In this document: positions 55,106 to 61,278 of the stretch, in pieces
Layout of the letters: each line of letters opens with the position of its first letter
Numbering within the stretch: the stretch's first letter is position 1
Notes under the pieces: model-generated
Seen by the model: the letters and a program-made list of their open reading frames with translations, nothing else
Databases searched by the model: none
Told to the model about the DNA's origin: nothing
Position numbers and translations under genes: made by a program
Source: a virus
Lineage: Duplodnaviria; Caudoviricetes
Length of the DNA stretch: 61,278 nucleotides
Reading direction: 5' to 3' (one strand)
Virus record (IMG/VR): IMGVR_UViG_3300033153_009450
Location: 1-61,278 of that record

Positions 55106-56290
55106 TCATAACACTCGTTCCTCACGAACTTTTTCCAGCGCATCGTCTAAGGAGACCGGTTTGGATTCGTCCTCGTCTTTCTTTTCCGCAGGGGTGGTTG
55201 TGGTTGATCTACCCAACGCCAGATCCTCCTCCTGCTGCTTTTTGTTTTTATCCGTGATCTCCGTTTTCAACGATGTACGGAAATTCTTTTCCTGGGAACT
55301 GTGATATTTTATTGTTTCATCAATGGCCCATTGGACCTGCTCGGGGATGGTCAATTCCTTTCCCTCCGCGTCAACATTCGGGGTTGACCTGCAAACTAAT
55401 AGAAAATGTTCGTCTTCAGGTTCTATCCCCGCCTCCTTTGCCTTATTATCCCTGTACACAACCACTTTCTTTGCCTGCGTTTCTGCATCATCATCTTCGG
55501 AAACCTCAAAGGTTTCTTGCCCGCCGTCTGGCTGGCGGGATTCCGCAGGTGAGGTTGTTTCGTCAGGGGTTGTTGATACCCCCTGCTCGCGTTCAAATCT
55601 CCTGATATCCCCGTCACGCTTCGCAAAGATTTTAGCTACCTGTTTTTGATAATCGTCGGCATCGGCATCCAACTCGTCGATTGCCAAAAGCGCCTTCTCG
55701 TAACAATCAGTGGCAAAATCCTCAGCTTCGGTTTCCGCTTTCTCCAGCTCGGCTTTACGCTTTTCTGCGGTCTCAAGATCCGTGATGCGTTTTCGCAGCG
55801 CAGCGTTCTCCTGTTCTACTTTGGTCTTCTCGCCCTGGAGATTCCGGTACCCTTCCTCAGACTCTTCATGAGTCTTAAATCTGGGTTCCTTAGCTTCCTT
55901 GTCCGCCTTAGCCTCTGCTTCCTTGGCCTTCTTTTCCTCTTCTTCCCTTTGAGCTTCTTTCTCGGGGTCTTCAGTCTCCTTTTCCTTTTCTTCCTTCAGC
56001 CTTTTACCTTCAGTCTCTCCTGGTGCAGGGCTGCTCTCTTCAGGTTTCTTGCCCGCCTTAGCCTTGGCGTCGGCGGATGCGGTCTCTTCTTTATCCGCCG
56101 GTGTTGTGGCGGATTCGTCTGCGGCGGCCTCAACGAGTTCTCCGCCATACTTTGCAAGTCCGTCCTTCATTACCTGATCAAGATCCAGCGTAGTCTGCTC
56201 TCCTTCTTTTCCCATCTCAAATCCTCCTTTTACCCGCCGGATGGTGGCGGGTGGCGTAGTCCCGTATCGGGGGCCTTTAATTTGCGCCAA
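55106..56290 (-). CDS. Scaffold-like acidic protein (start probably 56215)
   Basis: FKTHEESEEGYRNLQ coiled coil; AAGGAGG before MGKE. Confidence 0.7.
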   Translation of the reverse strand: MAQIKGPRYGTTPPATIRRVKGGFEMGKEGEQTTLDLDQVMKDGLAKYGGELVEAAADESATTPADKEETASADAKAKAGKKPEESSPAPGETEGKRLKEEKEKETEDPEKEAQREEEEKKAKEAEAKADKEAKEPRFKTHEESEEGYRNLQGEKTKVEQENAALRKRITDLETAEKRKAELEKAETEAEDFATDCYEKALLAIDELDADADDYQKQVAKIFAKRDGDIRRFEREQGVSTTPDETTSPAESRQPDGGQETFEVSEDDDAETQAKKVVVYRDNKAKEAGIEPEDEHFLLVCRSTPNVDAEGKELTIPEQVQWAIDETIKYHSSQEKNFRTSLKTEITDKNKKQQEEDLALGRSTTTTPAEKKDEDESKPVSLDDALEKVREERVL

Positions 56291-56344
56291 AAAGAAAGGG
56301 TTCTCTCCATTGATTCCGGCGCCGGAGAGAACCCTTATCTTTTC
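56289..56344. terminator. Intrinsic terminator/attenuator upstream of the scaffold and capsid genes
   Basis: AAGGGTTCTCTCC...GGAGAGAACCCTT with flanking A and T runs. Confidence 0.7.
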
Positions 56345-56397
56345 AACGTTTTACTCGCCGTCTTTCTGGCGAGTTACCCGCCTTTCGATGGGCGGGT

Positions 56398-56715
56398 TTA
56401 CTTACTTAAATTATTCATATACAAATCATCAATCGCATTTTTTGCCTGATTGATCTTATATCCCAACTCCTTTAATATATTGTGATAGGCGGTGGCCTCG
56501 GGATCGCTCTTGATTAATTTCTCGATCCGTTTCCGCAATTTAGTTTCAACTATTTTTTCAATCTCAATACCGGCATCTGACTGCATGATATTCAGGAATT
56601 TCGCCTTTTCTTGCAGACTCGCCGTCTTACCGGCCTCTTCAGCCGTCTTGAGCTTAGCTGCGACTTGTTCCTTTGGTAATCCCGATTCAATATCCGTATC
56701 AGCTCCCCGTTTCAC
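56398..56715 (-). CDS. Hypothetical protein between portal and scaffold
   Basis: AAGGAGG RBS, conserved position. Confidence 0.65.
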   Translation of the reverse strand: MKRGADTDIESGLPKEQVAAKLKTAEEAGKTASLQEKAKFLNIMQSDAGIEIEKIVETKLRKRIEKLIKSDPEATAYHNILKELGYKINQAKNAIDDLYMNNLSK

Positions 56716-56739
56716 TACCGACCTCCTTACTTTTTACCT

Positions 56740-58692
56740 TCAGTCTTCAGCCTTCATTCCTTCTTTACCTGCCTCCAGGCCCTGTATCCTGGCCGCTATT
56801 TCCTTAATATCCCCGCCTTGCGATTCTATTTCCTGGACCTTCTCGATTAGCTCGGTTATACCCATCGCCTCCTGAAGATCCTGAAGTTTCTCCGCAGCGT
56901 CCATCTGCTTGGCCTGGACCAATCGCTGCTGAATGTCAATCATCTTTGCCTCATCCTCGGTTGCTATAACTTCCTCATCCATGAGGTTGGCCCGTCGTTC
57001 AACTGCCTTCAATATTTTGAAAGGCTTAATATACAGTGCATAGCGAGGTTTTTCTGATAACGGGATGATAATCTCTTTGAGATTAATTAGCGTCTCATTA
57101 TCTTTCATGAGCGCCTGGATCCCGGAGATATGAAACGACCCGTCCAATTTTGGCATCCTTACGCCGGACTTGCTGGTAGGATCCATCTCAACGCCATACT
57201 TTTTCAAGTCTTCTTCCGTAAAAATATCATCAAGGTCGGCAATACCCGCATGGGTCTCGACTATTTCCGCCCCGGCGGACACAGCCGTAACAGCACCGTC
57301 CTCCGTATTCTCCCCCATCAGGCCGAAAACACCCATGGCCTGGTCCAGATTCATGGATGCCTCTCTGAATGTTATGTCCTTGCGATATCCGGGCAATCCC
57401 TGTACGGCATCCGAGACATTAGACCCCCGCTGAAACATCTGATCATAATGCTGTGAATTTGCTAATACGTCATTCGTCCTGGATCTGCGCTGCACAACAC
57501 GGACAACCTGGTTGCCATGTACTGTATCCCTGGTCAGGTACTTCATTCCCGGATGGAGATCCGCGTCATTCGGATCGACTAAGCCGTCCACATTGATCTC
57601 GGTAGGCGGGTCAACTACCCATTTCAGGTAATCTTCATGCATACACATGATATTGCACATGGCTTCCCATATGGTAAGAACACCCTCTAACAACCCCCGC
57701 CCGCCGAACTTCAAAATATCGGGAAGGGGAGAAAAGGAAATACCCGGCCACCTGAGCGTCTTATATGGTGATGCCTTTGGCTTCTGAATAACCCGGCCAC
57801 CTGCGAAGGTGTATTTCGCCCTGGGCAGAAGCATCTCGCCTTGGGGGTCGAGCACAATCCCCCAGAACTCGGAAGTCAAAATCATCTTCCTGAACTCCGA
57901 GCGCTCCCATATTTGTTCTTTCCTGGCTGCGATGGCCTCTTTTGTCATAAAGGGATTTGCGGGGTCCGTATCGCCGACGTCCTTAACCCGGGCCACATCA
58001 AAGTAACGGTTCTTTTTTTCACCGTCTTTCAAGACAAAATAATCCAACCATTCCTGATGTATCCAATACATACCCGACTGGCAATCCCTGGAGAGGGCAT
58101 CGGGTTCCCTATGTATCTTCCAGGGTTCAACCAGGCTGTATTCCAACCCTTTGTTAGGAATCCACCGGGGTATCATCTCCATGCTTACGCCGATAGCCAG
58201 GGCCATTACATCGGCATCCGTAAACTTCAGCGTGAAATTAGCGTGTTTATTGTTCAACTGATGGCTCATTAATTTTTGCCAGAAATCACCATCTTCTTTA
58301 TTTTTGGTATTCTCGATGCTAAGAAAATTCGGGGAAAACGCCTTCCTGACGGCAGCCGTTGCAAACTGCACCGTATTAAACGGCTTCGGCACAATGGTTC
58401 GTGACTGCCAAGGTTCCTTGTCTGCATAGCTTCCAGGTTCTTTCTCATTGTACACATGCCAGCAATACGCCTGTACCTGACGAACTTCTTCGTTTGCTTT
58501 TACGGATTGTTTAATACAATCCATTCCGTAATCTACAAAATGCTGTTCGTTCTCACTCGCATATGCATCGGCGGCATCTTCCCTCTCTTTCATTTCCTTA
58601 TCGTCAATGACGGAAAGACTGGCCGCCTTCTTCTCGATCTGCGCCCGGCGATTCTTTAATTCATCTGAAGGATCTTCTATTCTGATCACCAT
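56740..58692 (-). CDS. Portal protein
   Basis: 650 aa after terL; WQSRTIVP, EFWG, FGGRGL. Confidence 0.8.
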   Translation of the reverse strand: MVIRIEDPSDELKNRRAQIEKKAASLSVIDDKEMKEREDAADAYASENEQHFVDYGMDCIKQSVKANEEVRQVQAYCWHVYNEKEPGSYADKEPWQSRTIVPKPFNTVQFATAAVRKAFSPNFLSIENTKNKEDGDFWQKLMSHQLNNKHANFTLKFTDADVMALAIGVSMEMIPRWIPNKGLEYSLVEPWKIHREPDALSRDCQSGMYWIHQEWLDYFVLKDGEKKNRYFDVARVKDVGDTDPANPFMTKEAIAARKEQIWERSEFRKMILTSEFWGIVLDPQGEMLLPRAKYTFAGGRVIQKPKASPYKTLRWPGISFSPLPDILKFGGRGLLEGVLTIWEAMCNIMCMHEDYLKWVVDPPTEINVDGLVDPNDADLHPGMKYLTRDTVHGNQVVRVVQRRSRTNDVLANSQHYDQMFQRGSNVSDAVQGLPGYRKDITFREASMNLDQAMGVFGLMGENTEDGAVTAVSAGAEIVETHAGIADLDDIFTEEDLKKYGVEMDPTSKSGVRMPKLDGSFHISGIQALMKDNETLINLKEIIIPLSEKPRYALYIKPFKILKAVERRANLMDEEVIATEDEAKMIDIQQRLVQAKQMDAAEKLQDLQEAMGITELIEKVQEIESQGGDIKEIAARIQGLEAGKEGMKAED

Positions 58693-59033
58693 TATTCCGC
58701 CTCAAACTTTAACATTACGTTCTCCGGGATCAATTTCCGTATCGGCCCATATTCCATGTTGGGTATAAGATCCATGGTTTCTTCCATCTGACGCAACATC
58801 AACGCCTGAATGTCTTCATCAGGTTTAACTTCTAAAAGTTCTCCTGAAAACCTGTCGTATTCAATGGCCCGCCCGTATTCTATGAAAGTAATTTCTTGCT
58901 CCCCTAATACGGGCTGAACAATAGGTTTGCTGGTAGCTTGGGGAAAACCAACAACCGTTGAAACAGGCAACGTTAAAGAAGCCGTTGAGATCCCCAGCCA
59001 CTTTAAAAAACTTCTTCTTGTTATATTTCTCAT
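58692..59033 (-). CDS. Twin-arginine-signal protein carrying a capsid-like segment
   Basis: ITRRSFLKWLG; GEQEITFIEYGRAIEY...QMEETMD aligns by eye to the major capsid. Confidence 0.7.
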   Translation of the reverse strand: MRNITRRSFLKWLGISTASLTLPVSTVVGFPQATSKPIVQPVLGEQEITFIEYGRAIEYDRFSGELLEVKPDEDIQALMLRQMEETMDLIPNMEYGPIRKLIPENVMLKFEAE

Positions 59034-59078
59034 CTACTTTCCTTGCCTTCAGCCTTCAGCCTAAATACCTTCAACCTT

Positions 59079-59336
59079 TTATATTCCCGCATCCAATGCA
59101 TCAGGAAATATCCTCTCAAATTCCCGTTTATAATTATTACTCACATTCCCTGGCTTCCAGTCACTGTCCCTCGACTTACAATGATCTGCGCAAGCATTCG
59201 GATCCGGCTCTCCGTTCCAATCCTCTCCGGCCTCACTCTCTGCCCCACAATCCTTACACTTAAATATCTTATGCTTGCCTTTGTCATACGGCCCGCCTTC
59301 GCTCATTGGCCAGTATCGGTCAAATTTCCCCGCCAT
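59079..59336 (-). CDS. Small phage protein
   Basis: CKDC; SNNYKREFERIF. Confidence 0.6.
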   Translation of the reverse strand: MAGKFDRYWPMSEGGPYDKGKHKIFKCKDCGAESEAGEDWNGEPDPNACADHCKSRDSDWKPGNVSNNYKREFERIFPDALDAGI

Positions 59337-59417
59337 CTTTACCTTCAGCCTTCAGCCTAAATACCTTCAACCTGATGTTTTTTTTAATCTTCAATCTTCA
59401 CTAATCAATCGTCAATC

Positions 59418-60893
59418 CTACAGCCCCGCCGGAATGCCGCCCACACTAACCCTGGTCCTGCGGCTGAAATTCCCACCCCTGTAACTCATGGCCCGCTTTT
59501 TCTTTTCCGCATCAGTTACCTTTTTGAGTTCCTTGCGGGGATCAAAAGGCATCAATATTGCAATCCCGTTAGCGAACGCATCCCCCGGGTGGCTGTGCTC
59601 ATTTTTTACCGGCTTATCACCGGTCACATTCCCGTTATTATCGGTTTTGTAATGCCAGCCGCCTTTCAGGGCCCTGTGCAGGAGAACAGCGGACCGGGAT
59701 AAATACACCGCAGGGAGCCCGTTATCCAATCCCTTACGGAAACTTGGGTTTAAGGAGTCCTTTATGGTATTCCAGTGGGCCGGACCAGGCTCGAACCGTG
59801 GCCGGGCCGTGGGCGATGCAAAAGCGGCTTCGATTATTTTTGAGGTAACGGACTTGACACTACTCTGATCCGGAGTGGTCATTGTGCGGTCGCCCATAAG
59901 GCGGTAAGATTTGATTTTCCCTTTGTACTTGGGCGTATTGAAAAGAGGGACTAATTTATCCTCGATCAGTTCTTTTGGGGCGAGACCCTCCTTATAAACA
60001 ACGTCGTGGACAATTAGCTGCCCGGTCGGTGCATATTGCATAGTTATACAGCATGGATGCTGCCAGGAATCCCACGTCAGGATTATCTCGCCTGGCAATA
60101 CGGGCAGAATATTCTTTGAAAAATGCCGTTCCGGGCCATAAGCTAACGCCACTTTTTTACCCATATGAACGGACGCTGTTTCTCCCTCGATATACCGGGC
60201 CCTCTTCGCCGGATCATGCTGGAACGCCGCTAAGTTTGCCGCCCTGGTTAGGGGGCTTAGATGCTTGTTTTCCCCTTTCGGGATCCGGAAGGACTTCTTT
60301 ATTATCTTGGTAACATCTCCTGTATCCGGATCTTCGTAAACAGCATACTCGTCAGGTTCATCAGCCAACAGGCTCGTCCAGTGTTCTTCATCGGACGGGT
60401 TTTGCGTTATCTGGACTCGCAATATCGTGTCCTGTTGACGTGCTGCCCTGGCAATACTCATATCGAACACTTCCCGGGGGAGTCCGGCGTTTGCCTTCTC
60501 ATATATGGGCGCAGGTTCCTCTAACCATATAAGGGCATACTGCGGTCCTTGCAGCTTACTGATTGAAGCCTCGTCATCGATCCCGAAAAGATCGAAATCC
60601 ACCCTGGGCGTGGACATAATGGTCATGTGTTTTAAACCATCGGAAAAACGCACCCATGCGCCCATGCACTCCTTGATATCCGGTATGGTGGAGGTCTTTA
60701 TATTCTGAAAGGTGTCCCGGATTAACGCAGCCCGGATATTCTTTCTGTTTCGCTGGGCATGTGCGATTGAGGCGGCCATACCGGCGAAAGTCTTACCCTC
60801 GCCCATGGGGCCGAACAATTGGACGATATGAGCTAAACACGTCACAAACTCGTATTGGGTAGGGCTTAGATTAAAAAATAAATCACTCGGCAT
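59418..60893 (-). CDS. terL: Terminase large subunit
   Basis: GPMGEGKT, WLEE, TQNP, WDSW, HPGDAF. Confidence 0.9.
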   Translation of the reverse strand: MPSDLFFNLSPTQYEFVTCLAHIVQLFGPMGEGKTFAGMAASIAHAQRNRKNIRAALIRDTFQNIKTSTIPDIKECMGAWVRFSDGLKHMTIMSTPRVDFDLFGIDDEASISKLQGPQYALIWLEEPAPIYEKANAGLPREVFDMSIARAARQQDTILRVQITQNPSDEEHWTSLLADEPDEYAVYEDPDTGDVTKIIKKSFRIPKGENKHLSPLTRAANLAAFQHDPAKRARYIEGETASVHMGKKVALAYGPERHFSKNILPVLPGEIILTWDSWQHPCCITMQYAPTGQLIVHDVVYKEGLAPKELIEDKLVPLFNTPKYKGKIKSYRLMGDRTMTTPDQSSVKSVTSKIIEAAFASPTARPRFEPGPAHWNTIKDSLNPSFRKGLDNGLPAVYLSRSAVLLHRALKGGWHYKTDNNGNVTGDKPVKNEHSHPGDAFANGIAILMPFDPRKELKKVTDAEKKKRAMSYRGGNFSRRTRVSVGGIPAGL

Positions 60894-60914
60894 TAAGGCT
60901 CCTGGTTCCGATGC

Positions 60915-61278
60915 TCACTCCTGGTTCCGATGCTCTGCGTCGGAACCCTCCTTTTCTGATCCTACCAGATACAACTTCCGATCTTCCGCCGTCGCACCCT
61001 TGCCCGGCTTATCGGTTTCCGCCGGGCTTATAAAAATATTTCCCGAACCTGCCGCGTCGATAACACCGGCATGTCTGAGCTTGATCTCTATAATAGACCC
61101 TGCCATACGCATGGCGGTTAAACGGTCCTTCTGGTTTCTACGGTCCTCTAAAATCCATGTAAGGCACCGGCGCACGAAAGATTTGACAAGAATTTTTCGT
61201 TCTTTCTCATCACCGCTCGCCGCTATTATTTGGCCTGCAATATCATTTAAGGCATCATCGACCTTGCGCCAGGCGGAA
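60915..61278 (-). CDS. terS: Terminase small subunit-like protein, 3' part
   Basis: Continuation of the 419..1 frame across the junction; stop at 60915, about 20 bp before terL. Confidence 0.7.
   Translation of the reverse strand, partial: SAWRKVDDALNDIAGQIIAASGDEKERKILVKSFVRRCLTWILEDRRNQKDRLTAMRMAGSIIEIKLRHAGVIDAAGSGNIFISPAETDKPGKGATAEDRKLYLVGSEKEGSDAEHRNQE
61165..61278. repeat. Terminal direct repeat, right copy
   Basis: Identical to 1-114. Confidence 0.97.

Larger units (their letters stand above)
1..61278. mobile_element. Complete temperate phage genome (podovirus-like, circular assembly)
   Basis: 114-bp terminal redundancy; terminase, portal, capsid, integrase, intact attP, repressor and lysis genes; no host housekeeping genes; no tape measure or sheath gene recognised. 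Confidence 0.95.

Noticed and set aside
1-61278. Diversity-generating retroelement or retron
   Set aside because: No reverse transcriptase and no adenine-variable TR/VR pair seen
1-61278. Stop-codon reassignment
   Set aside because: Long core genes are intact in the standard code and TAA, TAG and TGA all terminate genes

Overview
The window is a complete, circularly assembled temperate dsDNA phage genome: bases 61165-61278 repeat bases 1-114, giving about 61,164 bp, and a terminase small subunit-like ORF runs across the junction. It looks podovirus-like. On the minus strand lie terS, terL, portal, scaffold, an N4-gp56-like major capsid, head/tail proteins, ejection proteins, a 4831-aa polyvalent protein (class I SAM methyltransferase, DarB-like N6-methyltransferase plus SNF2 helicase, HExxH), a Wzy_C/O-antigen-ligase-family membrane protein and a lysis cassette. 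A tyrosine integrase sits beside an attP carrying the 3' half of tRNA-Ala(GGC). A divergent CI/Cro-like switch precedes a long early operon with DUF5131, ASCH, a beta-class DNA methyltransferase, an excisionase-like protein, a DHH phosphoesterase and a split primase/D5 helicase. Four observations stand out. (1) Two protein-like genes are nested in the +1 frame inside the giant ORF. (2) A twin-arginine signal is fused to a diverged fragment of the phage's own capsid protein. (3) A periplasmic oligosaccharyltransferase-like gene co-occurs with signal-peptide-bearing virion-type proteins. (4) Several families of short palindromes and heptamer tracts occur in dozens of copies, are strand-biased, often sit in frame inside proteins and nest in each other, and no transposase is encoded. 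All family assignments come from motif recognition by eye; no searches were run.
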